Of a stretch of 64,000 nucleotides of DNA, positions 41,996 to 57,419 are shown piece by piece. The position numbers and the translations under genes are program-made. Position 1 is the first letter of the stretch. Every line of letters begins with the position of its first letter. The notes under the pieces were generated by a model, which had not been told where the DNA came from, did not search any database, and saw only the letters and a list, made by a program, of their open reading frames with translations. The stretch is from Eledone cirrhosa (taxonomy: Eukaryota), in contig OZ024742.1 of the NCBI GenBank assembly GCA_964016885.1, positions 272,924,001-272,988,000 on the forward strand, read 5' to 3'.

Positions 41996-44900
41996 AAATG
42001 TGGAACAGCTCAAGGTCACATAATCTACTGGGATTTCTCGACACTTCTTTACCCAGCGGTCAGCCTCCAAGCACATCACATGTCCATACCATCTCAGCCT
42101 TCTCAACTGCACACCACACCTTATCCCTCGTATACCCAGATTCTTTCTCAACTCGTCTATGCTTGGTCGTTCACGCACATTGACATTGCACATCCAACGT
42201 AGCATACTTGCTTCATTTCTCTCCAGCTGTCGCACAACCTCTGCAGTTGCTGCCCGTGTCTCACTACCATGCAGCATTGCGCATCAAACACAGGCATCAT
42301 ATAACCGTCCTTTCTTACATAGGGAGAAACCCTTCTTTGTCAAGAAAGGAAGCAGGTCCCTAAACTTCTTCCAACCCTTCCTTATTCTAGATACTATGGC
42401 CTCGGAACACCCCCTCCCATGTTTATCTGATCGCCTCGGAAGCTATCAACCACATCTATCGAACCCACCTGCTTTGGAAAAATGTGTCTATCATTACGAT
42501 TACTACTACCAACTTTCCCTGTACATCTACTGCATACGTAGTTTTCCCTACTTGTTAGTTTGCCTGCTATGTCACTACATCTCTTGTGTACCCAAGATCT
42601 GCATTGCGTACATTTTATGGAATTTATGCCAGTTCATTTCCTACATATCGAACATGGCAATTTCCCTGATGGAATCGGAGTATAAGTTCTCTATTATACT
42701 TATCAACAGTCTTGTCTTAGCTATGTTCACTCTCAATCCTCTTGATTCCAACTGCTGTTTCCATAGCCAGAATTTATTCTCTAGCTCCTCTACTGATTCT
42801 GCTATAAGAACCAGATCATCATCATAGAGACGTTCTCATGGGCATCCAGTCTTAAACTTCTCTGTTATGGCTTGCAGGACTATAAATAACAAGGGCAGGA
42901 TGAGGACCAAACACTGATGTACACCTACCTGCATCTGAAATTCCTCACGAAACTCCATACCTACTCTCACTTTACTGACAGCACCCCCTGTACACAGCTT
43001 GCACTGTCCTCACAAGCTATTACTTTATATACTAGTTTCCTTAGGGACCTCCAGTTGACAGATCGGTGTACGCTATCAAAAGCCTTTTCTAGGTCAACAA
43101 AATCTAAGTATATTTGCTTATTCTTCTCTAAGAACTTCTCTTGTAGATGCCCCACTAAGAAGAGGGCACCTGTTGTACATTTCCGAGGCACAAAACCAAA
43201 CTGCATCTCATCTAATTTGACCCTTTCTCTAATCAGTTGCGCTAATATTCTCTCTGCCACTTTCATAAGCTGATCCAACAGCTTTATGCCCTTATAATTG
43301 CTCCTCTCTAGAACATCCCCTTTACCTTTGTAGCAATTTATGAGAATACTGCTGTACCAGTCTTTGGGTATGATACCACCATATATAACTTGATTGATGA
43401 TGCATGGAACCAGTTTAATGCCTACTTCACTTGATGCCTTCAGCATCTCAGCAACTATCCCCGACGGCTCAGCAGCCTTACCGTTCTTCATTCCTTCAAT
43501 TGCCTCTTGTACACTATATTCGTCAATCTCAATAGCTGGTCCCTCTGTTGGGTCAACTGGGGGTAATTTCTCTCTCTCCCATTCGTTCTCCATATTCATC
43601 AGTCTCTCATAGTGACATTTCCGGGCCTCCTTTATTTGATCATTCGTGACACTAAGTACACAGGCATCATTCCGGATAGACTTATCTCCAACAACATTCT
43701 GATTTGTACTGACATACTGCCTTGAAATGCGGAACACAGCACGTCTCTGAAATTCCCATCGCAGAACATTGGCAAACCTCCTACCCTCAGCCTCCCTGCG
43801 TGCTAAGTACACCTGAAGTCTAGCTTCTCTCTTAGCGGCTGTGTTTCCTTCCATACTCCCACCATTTTCCCAAGCCTTCCATGCCAGTCTTTTGTCTCTG
43901 ATGGCCCTATCTACCGTGCTGTTCCACCACCAGGTCACTCTATGTCTGTTTGAAGCTCTACCCCAACCACATATTTCTTCAGTAGCCTGCAGTAAGTTGT
44001 CACGCAGGATATTCCTGTTATCATCTGTCATTCGATTTAAAATCGTCTTCTTTTTCGTCATACACATCTTGAAAGGCTTTGCTAAATTTATATTTTAATG
44101 AAAGATATTTTAGCTACCAAACCTTTCTTTTCCACACCTACATATATGTCTCATTCTTTCTCATGCTTACTGAGATGTCACTAACGACTAACCTATGCTG
44201 TGTGGGTACATTCTTCCCCAGGGTATGCTTTAGTATTTGACACCATCTGTCTGTCTCACTGTCTAACTAGCAGGAAGTCAGTCTGGCTTATGTGCTCGCC
44301 TGATTTGTAGGTTATTAGGTGGCTGGTAGGCTTCTGGAAGTTAGTGTTGCAAATGGTTAGTGCATATGCATCACAAAATTCAAGAAGCCTCACTCCTTCT
44401 TCATTTCTTGAGCCGAAAACCGTGCCCATCACGTACCCCAGTGTATCCCTCCTGGATCTCTCCAACATGTCCAATGAAGTCCCCTGCTAGCAAAACATTG
44501 AGGTGTTTTGTAAAAGTTGCTCGTAAAAAGCTGTCTTTCTCTTCTTTACCTAGGCGGCCTGCCTGCGGATCATAGGCAGAGATGATGGTCAATAGTCTCT
44601 TGCCTACAACTAATCTAAGCTTAATTATTCTATCACTAACTCTAACTACCTCTATTGTCTTATTGATCCATCTCTCAGCCAGTAATATGCCCACCCCACC
44701 TAACCCATCATCATTACCCACCAAGGAAAGCTTATACCTACGATGTTAGCCTGCGATTAGTCTGACAGACGCACCTCTCCATCTCACCTCTTTCACACTG
44801 CACACATCCACATGTCTTCTCTGCAGCATCTCCACTATCTTATCAGATCTACCTGTTAGAGTGCGAACTTCAACCTTTGCAACTCTGAGATGTGACGTCC

Positions 44901-45340
44901 TCGTTCTTTTTTCCTGTTGTATGATTGGTTGATGACGGTCGTGTGGTTCTGACACATGGCCTCACTAGCCACCCTACTACTGTGCGCAGCTCTAACATGG
45001 TTAGTGTTATTACTTTACGCAGTTGTTTTTGTACGATTGCTTGATGACAGGTCGGGGGGGTTCTCGCACATGGCCGCACCAGCCACCCCACTAACGTGCA
45101 CAGTTGTTGCAGATTCCATTCTTTGTGTTCATAGTGTTTGGCAGTAGTATATATACAGGTTGGATAACCTTCCTAACATCAGGACAACTTTACGGCATGG
45201 ACTGGGTGCTTTTATTCGTGCCACCAGCACTAGAGAGGTTGTCTTACTGGATTCAGGGCCCTCTTTACCCCTCCATTTTACAGCATGGACTGAGTGCTTT
45301 TATTCGTGCAGCATTAGGGAAGTTCTCTTACTGGAGTTAG
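41995..45340 (-). mobile_element. RTE-clade LINE (APE-RT-PHD insert-C-terminus) with duplicated 5' leader motif, decayed
   Basis: SVKEVRWRG, GGVGILLAE, LLAGDFIGHVG, RNEEGVRLLEFC, WWWNSTV, YKGKGDVLERSNYKGIKLL, FVDLEKAFD, LYDDDLVL, MLHGSET..MLRWMC..RLRWYGHV. Confidence 0.9.
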
Positions 45341-45559
45341 GGGATTTCTCTACCCCGCACCAATTTATTCTGAATGGTAGCTCTCCTAGGACTGGTTGAC
45401 AATACTACGTCTTACGGAGCCTCCGTCCACCCCTTGTTTGCTCGATAATATATTTACAAGGGAGCGGTTATCATACACGTTCGGGCAGGTATACCAAACG
45501 TGGTGGAGGTGGGGCGGATGTTTGTCAAATGGAAAGGAAATATGGCTATACTCACAAAT

Positions 45560-46169
<610 letters not shown>

Positions 46170-46201
46170 ATACATGTGCGCGTATATATAGAGCTTTTTT
46201 G

Positions 46202-46265
<64 letters not shown>

Positions 46266-46578
46266 TATATATATACACACACACACACACACGTACACAT
46301 ACATACCCATAGACACATATATACATGCACATGCACAAATCAATATGTGCGAGCCATTGGGAAGTAGTTTAGAAGCAGAACTAACTAAATAAATAAATAA
46401 GAACTAATAATTCAAAAAAAGAATATATATATGTATATAAGAAAAACAATATCAAAATAAAATAAAGTAAAAAAGGGACGTGTTGACAACGAAAGGCCTG
46501 TGTGTGTGTGTGGGGGGGGGGGGGAGGACGAATGAACCAACTTAAAAATAAACAAATACACACGATATGCATATATAT

Positions 46579-46945
46579 ACTAGCATTAAAGCCCGGCGTT
46601 GTTCGGGGTCAGTAAGTTACCAAAGTTAGGTTACACCACCCATTTTATGGCAACACTTTTTTTTGTCTGCCAGGCACTGGGTGAAGCAGGAGCTGCGCCA
46701 GCAGTGACAATTTTTGTTTCGCCTACGGATATTATCTCTGTGCAAAGAAGTGTTGAAATTTATTGTTTCACAGTACTTGCGCAACACGCGCGTAGACGTT
46801 GCCAGCCGAAAAACAGAGCCGTGATGGAGTTGTTCTGCATGGTTGTCTAATGTGTGCTTTCTAAATTTAAGACAGTAGGGAGGGGTGTGATATGGAGGAG
46901 AGTTAGCTGCTGTTTGTAGCAGGTTTAGTGACCACATAGAGGATA
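46579..46945 (-). mobile_element. Non-autonomous Helitron 3' fragment, same family as 32072
   Basis: actagcattaaagcccggcgttgttcgggg start; clear similarity to 32072-32450. Confidence 0.8.
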
Positions 46946-47119
46946 TTATTGTGTATAGTAAATAAACTGATACTTCTTTCTTCCACGTTCGTTGAGAGAT
47001 GTTTTTAAAAAAGATTTATCGGTCTATTTTTTGTTGTTGAATAAATTTATCTGTTGCTTTTGAATAATTGTTTTCATTGAAATAAATACATGTTTGACCG
47101 TACCACACTCAAAAACAAA

Positions 47120-47176
<57 letters not shown>

Positions 47177-47199
47177 ACTCTCTCTCTCTCTCTCTCTCG

Positions 47200-47283
<84 letters not shown>

Positions 47284-47463
47284 ACTTTCTGCTCACTATC
47301 TCTCTTCTTTCTTCGGAGTTCCTAAGTAAGGTTTGTAAGTTTAAGCGTATATAAGAGAAAGTTTGAAATCGGTTTAAAATTGTACAAAAGTATAAACATG
47401 GAACATGCACAAAACACACACACACAGACACAACTACAATTGGCCATTTATAGATAATGATAC

Positions 47464-47494
<31 letters not shown>

Positions 47495-48189
47495 AGTATA
47501 CAAACATACAAACACACACATATATGTATATATAAAAAAATAAATATAGATACACATATATATGTATGCATACATATATATAAATATATATATTATATAT
47601 ATGAAAAGTTTAAGTTTCTACACAAAACGAAGGTTATAAAGAAAATTGAGGTTGGTAATGGCACATGGAATATACAAGAGACATCAGAATGACTTGTATT
47701 TTAATTTCACTGTTCTAACTTCTTATATTATGGAAAAAATATATGTGTACGTATGTATATATATATATTTGGAGGCCATTTCTCAATGTATGTGTATGTG
47801 TGTGTGTGTGTATGTGTGTGCATGTGGATGTATGTGTGTGTGTGTGTGTGTATGTATGTGTATGTATATATATGTGTGTGTGTGTATATATATGTGTGTG
47901 TATGTGTATATATGTGTGTGTGTGTGTTTGTATGTGTGTATGTATATATGTGTGTGTGTATGTGTGTGTGTGTGTGTGTATGTATGTGTGTGTGTGTGTA
48001 TATATATATATATGTATGTATATGTATGTGTTTGTGGATGAGCGTATGTGTATATATAGGTGTGTGTATGTGTATATGTGTGTGTGTGTATGTGTGTATG
48101 TATATGTATGTGTGTGTATGTATGTGTGTGTATATATATATATATATGTATGTATATGTATGTGTGTGTGGATGAGCGTATGTGTATAT

Positions 48190-48795
<606 letters not shown>

Positions 48796-49014
48796 TATAC
48801 ATACACATACATCCATCTACACACACTTGCACATACATACACATACAAAATATATTTAATAAAATAGATAGATGGATCTCAAAGGTACATAACCGACGTA
48901 CATACGCACACCACATGCGCGTACACGCACGCAATAAAATCAACACACGCATACATTTAAACATAAACGTAAATCCATACACACATATATACACATATAT
49001 ACAAAAACATATAT

Positions 49015-49079
<65 letters not shown>

Positions 49080-49867
49080 TATACATGTTTTATGTGTGTA
49101 TATATTTTGTGTATGTGTGTATTTTATGTATATATATATTTTTTATATTTTTATATGTATATATTTTATATATATGTATGTTCTGTGTATATATATATAT
49201 TTTATATATATATATATGTATACTTGTTCGTACATACATGTATGCATATATATGTATACACACCTGTATGGATTTGTGTGTGTAGATGTGTGAGTGTCTG
49301 AGGGGGTAGGTGTGCGTGTATGTACAAGTCAACCAGCATAAACCTTTTATTTCAAAATTTTCTAAACTATCTATGTATTGGACTCTAACCATTATATTAA
49401 GTATTGCCACCCCACATCTTGTATGTGTGGATGTGTGTGTGTGGCTGTGGAGGTGGGTGTGAGTGTATGTGCAAGCCAACCTAGATAAGTCTTTCTATTT
49501 GTAAATTTTCTACACCGACCATAAATTTCAGTAGCACCACTCCACATAAATTCCTAAATTTAAGAATGACCTGTAGTATCTATTTCATACTATTAAACTT
49601 AATTGAATATATATCTGACCAGGAATGCCTTTTGTGAAAATCAGTCATGTGGAACTATTGTCATCTTGCCTGACGGTTTGAACTTTACAAAACCACCTGC
49701 CTCTTTGAGATCAAATACCAACCCTACTTCCATCTACAAACTGACCAATGAGAATCAAGACTATTCCTGCTGACAACATTGAAATATTCCTAGCAGGCTC
49801 ATATGTCCCAAGGCTCCGATACCATCAACACTATAAACACAGAGCTGGCATATCTAAGAACTGACTA

Positions 49868-49923
49868 ACTGCCTGATGAGGTCATAGCCATACAATGGCT
49901 ATCATCGAAATATATATAGCAGT
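49868..49923 (+). ncRNA. Hammerhead ribozyme (type I, palindromic stem III)
   Basis: actgc-CTGATGA-ggtcatagccat-aca-atggctatcatc-GAAA-tatata-TA-gcagt. Confidence 0.85.
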
Positions 49924-50659
49924 AAATAAAGGATTATGAGTTCATGCAATTGACTTATGTTTCGTCACTATATATACACACATATATATATATATACATA
50001 TATACACACATGTATACATAAATATACATACAAACACCTATACACATACGCACACACAAACACATGCATGAATACATACACGTACGTGTGTATGTGTGTG
50101 TCCATAAACATATAGGCAGACAAACTATAAATACACACACGCTCGCAGGTGGGAGTATAAAGAGGGGGGTACCAAAAAATGAAAAAAATGAAAAAATGAT
50201 ATTATACTCCAGAAGACTTGTCGAGTGCTTCGAATCAGTTATAAAATTATATATTTTTTTGGAATAACCGCCAAATTAAATATCCTGATGCTTATATATA
50301 CGCATGCACATAGACACACACACATATATATACACATATATATACATACACATATATAAAATATATATATATATACACACATATATAAATATATACACAT
50401 ACAAAATATATACACGCATAAAGAACACACATACACCCCCCACAAACACATACATATGAAATAAAATATTAAAAACACGTATATATGTATGTATGTATAT
50501 ATATAAACGTGTGTGTTTGTGGGTGTATGTATGTATATATATATATATATATATGTACATATGTATGTGTGTGTGTGTATGCATATATATATGTGTGTAT
50601 GCGTATGTATCTGTACGTGTGTGTGTGTACATATATATATATATATTTATATATATGTG

Positions 50660-51150
50660 TATGTGTATATACACGTGCGCGTCTCCATAAATCATTTTTG
50701 TTTTTGTGTTATTGTGTTTGTATACATTTATGTGTGTATACACCGCCTTTTTATATATGTGTGTGTGTGTAATTGTGTGTACATATTTAAGTGCATATAT
50801 ATCTGTGCATATGTATGTGTATGTATTTATGTTCCTGTTCGTATTTCTATGTAGACGCAAATACGCGGATGTGAGAAAGTATACGTCTACCTACTATTAC
50901 GTATATGCGCGTGGTTGAGCGTGTGTATATTTATGTTCTGGATATTTATTTATAGATTTTGTTCCCTTATTTCCTGTTTGCCCGTTCTTTCAGCCGCACT
51001 TTCATATTTCCAAAATTTTATTTTCAAATCCATATTTAATAAAACGCCATGTTATTTATTCTTTCTGACGACTGAAGACAGGCATAACATCGGCCTTCAT
51101 GAAACCACTGGTAAATGAAATAATTATCTTATGTTGTTTATTGCATAACT
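50660..51150 (+). mobile_element. PLE pLTR-type element with HHR-like core (51072-51113)
   Basis: CTGAAGA-caggc..gcct..-GAAA-cca-c-tgg-TA; inverted partner at 45560-46080. Confidence 0.65.
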
Positions 51151-51224
51151 AAATATATATATACGAATAATACTAATAAACTTAAACTTATCTTAATATA
51201 TTCTCCAAATTAAATATATACATA

Positions 51225-51565
51225 CATACTATTGTGGATGGGTGCTACACGAAAATACTGAGGATGGCTCTGAGAATGAAAAACTCAGAGCTGTATGGGA
51301 GCCTCCCAAAAGTCAGCTCAAAAGTGACACAGAGGAGATTGAGGTTAGCTGGCTATGCTCACCGACATCCAGAGTTGACACTGCACTCAGTGCTCCCGTA
51401 GGAGCACTGCATGGACACACTGGAAGAGGTAGAGCGAGATTAACATATGTTGATGCTCTAAGGACATATACTGGTATGTTGGAGACGCAGGACATGGAAG
51501 CGATAATGAGGGACAGAGACCGCTGGAGAGAACTCGTCCATGGATCTCGGGAATTTTACCTGCCC
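51225..51565 (+). mobile_element. RTE-like LINE extreme 3' fragment
   Basis: DGCYT..LRMAL..ELYGSLPKVSSKV..RRLRLAG..RGRARLTYVDAL..MRDRDRWR (frameshifted). Confidence 0.75.
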
Positions 51566-51630
<65 letters not shown>

Positions 51631-51640
51631 TTATATTTAT

Positions 51641-51842
51641 ATAGGAAAAGAGTCAGGACCCCGACGTCTGAGCTCCACCGTTTCAACAGCTAGATCCGAA
51701 CCGGTGGCTTAGGTCGGATCCAGCTGTCGAAACCGCCGGGGCTCAGCCGTCGATGTCCTGACTCGTTTCCTATTCCATAATCTACTACCTTAAGTAATGA
51801 GTACTATGGTCTAATTGGTATCTTATCTCACCCTTTTATTAC

Positions 51843-51850
<8 letters not shown>
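51641..51850 (+). mobile_element. Fold-back mini-element (imperfect ~60 bp arms plus ~76 bp tail) in (TA)n
   Basis: ataggaaaagagtcaggac..agctagatccga / tcggatccagct..gtcctgactcgtttcctat; tail contains TGAGTACT. Confidence 0.8.
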
Positions 51851-51908
<58 letters not shown>

Positions 51909-53296
51909 AAAGGTGGTGATTGTGTGGGGATACACAGGTGAATGCTTGTAACACGTTGCATGTGCATGCACACATATATATATTTCTTAACGGTAAGTTA
52001 ACCAAACAATCTAATATGAAATAGAAATGTGTATTTATCTTTTTCATCTTAGTTTTATTGGAATTGGAATTTAATAGAGTTGGATAGACACACATATATC
52101 TTAGAAATATATTACACATATAAAATCTGAATAACTCCTCAATTATATATTTAATGTAAATATGTAATTCTCTATTTGTTAGTATGTCTATTAAGAATAT
52201 GAACATGTTACCCTTGATCTATGTGGTGTCTCTTTTAAAATACATGTTACATCACTACTACATCTAGTTAATGAAAATAAACACTAAATTTACTTATTTT
52301 ATTACTTCCTCAAAGTTATGTTGAATTTCTCCTCGCAAATTACTTCTTTCTTGACATGTATGAATATATATATAACTCTACGAACTGTGTTGAGAATATA
52401 GCACCAATTACAAATTGAAAACCATCTGCCTTCGGTATGTTACTTTGTCTTTATATATCTAAGTAGCAGATTTTGTATTTTGATTTATGTTGGTGCTAAT
52501 GGTTTATATGTTTCGATTGTATTACATAGAAGTATAAATCAAGTACTATATTTCAACGAACAATTAAAATATATCATCTAAAAACGAATCCTTCTATTGT
52601 TTTCTTTTATCTTTATTATATTTACTAATCTAGAATTAAAACTTCAAATATGAGAGATACTATTATATCAGTATCACTGCACGGCTGGTAAAACGATATA
52701 AATGATTTAACTCTTATCTGAAAACGTGTGTATTCATCCTATATTATAGAATTCACTTTAAGTGAAAGGTGTTTTATATAGCTATGACAAGAAGGAACGG
52801 ACTTTGGTAGTTCTAATAGATTTTCTCATGGAAGTAGTATATATCTTCATATCCCCAACGTCCAGTTCAAATTATTAGATGAAATCATTAGAGATCATAT
52901 GACGTTCCTCAACCATCATCCTCGCTACCGAATACCCAGGCGGCCAGGAAATATATACAGTCAGTATGTACGTTCATATTTTAGTAAAATGGTAGTGATG
53001 TTACTATGTGTATATACACTTTCAATATTCGCAGGCTACATGCATCCATCCTCCTGAAATGACACAAAGTTAGATGTAATTTTACGAAAGAAATATGCTT
53101 CTCTTCCTTCATAATTTCACTCTCTATCTTTCGATGTTTTCTTTTTCTTCTCATTTAAGGACAAGTGTCCCAAATATCAAGACTAATTCCGCACAGAATC
53201 AAGCGTTAAACTGATATATTTTATCATTATCCTGTATTTTTTGCTTCCATGTTTCAGTTTATTTTTCCCGCGCGCCACACACACATATTTACACAA

Positions 53297-53327
<31 letters not shown>

Positions 53328-53344
53328 CACACGTACACACACAC

Positions 53345-53392
<48 letters not shown>

Positions 53393-53394
<2 letters not shown>

Positions 53395-53545
53395 CAAAGG
53401 AATTGTGGTAAGGAACCAGATGGACCATAACGCACCAGAGTTCTCAATACTTAGGGTAGTAGAGTGGGAAATAGGAAAAGCCAGAAATGTCCAGAAACAG
53501 CCGTCGAAACGGTTTGAGCTCTGCCGTCGGGGTCAAACTTGTTCA
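53393..53545 (-). mobile_element. Mini-element of the 51641 family (tail at left, asymmetric inverted arm) in (TA)n
   Basis: Reverse-strand tail tcctatttcccactctactaccctaagtattgagaactctggt matches 51768-51810; arm agccgtcGAAAcgg..ccgTCggggtc. Confidence 0.7.
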
Positions 53546-53568
53546 TATATATATATATATATATATAT

Positions 53569-53829
53569 AAGTGGTGACACAACAGTTAGTTCACCTTACC
53601 GAGAACAATTGTTTCACCTTAGTGGATCCTCAGCTCGTAATGGACATGGTTATACGGAACAGTTCCTTCTGTTCCGTATAACCATGTCCATTACGAGCTG
53701 AGGATCCGCTAAGGTGAAAAAATTGTTCTCGGTATGGTGAACTAACTGTTGTGTAACCACTTCTACCTAACTCGTCCTATGGACTGAGTGCTCTACCACT
53801 ACGGATATTACCTTCCAGTGTTCGTCATT
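53569..53829 (+). mobile_element. Fold-back mini-element: 94 bp arms, 6 nt loop, 67 bp tail, HHR on both strands
   Basis: Arms 53569-53662 / 53669-53762; cgag-CTGAGGA-tcc(a/g)ctaaggt-GAAA-(c/a)aattg-TT-ctcg at 53600-53637(-) and 53694-53731(+). Confidence 0.9.
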
Positions 53830-53847
53830 ATATATATATATATATAA

Positions 53848-54520
53848 TCCTACGGATTATCTGTTACAAACACGATTCTCAGGGCGAAACACATTAAATC
53901 TCTAATCTTTCCGGAGATTAATAGTTATTGAAACGTTTAGAACTTTTTGTTATTTATCCTGTATTTTCCGTTTGCTTCAGGTTAAATATGTCATACCAAC
54001 ATGGTCTCTCTACCCTCGTAATTTTAAACACACAATTTGCTGTGTTTATTACTACATATATTATATAATGCTCAGTATTTATACTTTGAGCTTGTTAATT
54101 ACAGGTATTAATATGAGTATCTAATTCTGCCCTTTACTTGAATTTCGGCTCCCTAACTTGGTGAGCTTACAGTTGAGTGACTTTAGGCTAATATTTCTAG
54201 CCGATCCACTCACGCCACTTTGGACAACTCACGAACGAGGTGAAATATGCACTCCTGTAGTATTTAGTCTTAGGTGTTTGTCACTTTTGATCGTATCTCC
54301 CGCTGAAGATGCCTACAGATTATATGTTACAAAAACAATTCACAGGACGAAACAGATTAAATCTCTAATCTGTCCGGGAGATCAATACTTATTGTAACGG
54401 TTTGTACTTTTTTTTAATTGTTCATCCTGCATTTTCCGTTTGTTCAAGTTAAATCTGTCAAACAAACGTGGTCTCTTTACCCTCGTAATTTTAAACACAC
54501 AATTTACTGTTTAGTACTAC
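53848..54520 (+). mobile_element. Partial-tandem non-coding element (retrozyme/pLTR-like), ~205 bp direct repeats, period ~463 bp
   Basis: 53849-54056 resembles 54312-54520; flanked by (TA)n and (CA)n. Confidence 0.8.
54297..54380 (+). ncRNA. Hammerhead ribozyme (type I, full stem III, GUC site)
   Basis: ctcccg-CTGAAGA-tgcct..aggac-GAAA-cagatta-aatctc-taatctg-TC-cgggag. Confidence 0.85.
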
Positions 54521-54531
54521 ACACACACACA

Positions 54532-55860
<1,329 letters not shown>

Positions 55861-56312
55861 TATAAATATATATATATATTCGTTTGATTAAAATAAAAGG
55901 AGACTGGATTGGTGGTTTTCTTTTAAAATGTTCTTGTTGCAAAATCATTCAATGACAACGTTACATAAGATACTGGCGACATCATCGGGCGCGGATTACA
56001 TAATAAGTTAATCAATAAAGGATTTACGGCAAACGGAAGAAGAGAAAATATATAAAAAAATATTTCATTCGGAGATTGGCCACCACATAGATAATATTAT
56101 TGCCGCATATCACCTCCGAATATGTAACTTCGTTCCAGCATTAAGCACAGGATTATACGTCAACGATGAATTAGATGCGCAACGTAGATTGCTTTATAAA
56201 CTATAATATCGTGAGTAAATAAACGGAAAGAACAGTTCTAGTCAGTGTTAAACCACTAAACATAAATGTATACACACATATACACACACACACCCACACA
56301 CACACACACATA

Positions 56313-56350
<38 letters not shown>

Positions 56351-56353
<3 letters not shown>

Positions 56354-56546
56354 CTAAAATGTACGTTATTCCGGGTTGAATCGGAGGTAACCACAGTAAG
56401 TAAGGTACTCAATACATAGCAGAGTATAACAGTTTTAATATAGATGAGATTCTACAGGACTAGAACTGTTTCATTCATTAGAAATCATCATGATGATTTC
56501 TAATGAATGAAACAGTTCTAGTCCTGTAGAATCTCATCTATATTAA

Positions 56547-56550
<4 letters not shown>
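56351..56550 (-). mobile_element. Fold-back mini-element: perfect loop-less 120 bp palindrome plus 80 bp tail in (TA)n
   Basis: 56431-56490 / 56491-56550 exact reverse complement; tail 56351-56430. Confidence 0.9.
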
Positions 56551-56581
<31 letters not shown>

Positions 56582-56966
56582 ATATTTAACTGTGTTATTT
56601 ATATAAATACATGCATACATTCATACTACATACTTATTACAAAATTACATGCATACACACATACGTATCTCTATGTATTCATATTTTTGTTCGATTGGAC
56701 CTCTAACTGCTAGTGACTCTGTAGGGACACCGTATCCATAAATCGGTGCATTGGACGTTTTAAAAGATGTAAAAAAAAAACGTCAACCTCAGGCAGAATG
56801 AAACGCAATGTTGATCTTGGCCGGATTCAAATTAAGGACGAACAGAGGTTAAAGATATATTGCAAACTATTATATTCAATGTTGGAAATATTCTACTAAT
56901 CTGCCGCTCATCTATATACAAGCACACACACACACACACACACATGAACCCCACAAATACACACAT

Positions 56967-57022
<56 letters not shown>

Positions 57023-57024
<2 letters not shown>

Positions 57025-57105
57025 CGGCGATGAATTAGTTTTGCGAGGTTTTTTATATGAAATCGTGTGTTGAAACAAATATTGTTATACTTGGGGAGGG
57101 TCATA
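57023..57105 (-). mobile_element. 3' end fragment of the 34381-35315 family
   Basis: Reverse strand atgaccctccccaagtataacaatatttgtttcaacacacgatttcatataaa resembles 35234-35310. Confidence 0.7.
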
Positions 57106-57290
57106 TTTGTGTAATATTGCCAGAATTAATAACAGAACACACTCACTGTTTGGTTGGTTTTCGCTTTTCGCTTCTGTGTCTTTTATATCGGTAATCTAAT
57201 TTATTCGGTCCTCAATGTTGCCATTGACTGACCGACGGTCAAAAATAATACAGATACAATATAGACACAAACACATATATATAGTTTAAT

Positions 57291-57386
<96 letters not shown>

Positions 57387-57419
57387 CCTGTGAATTCCGA
57401 TGAGGAATCTCTGAAATGT

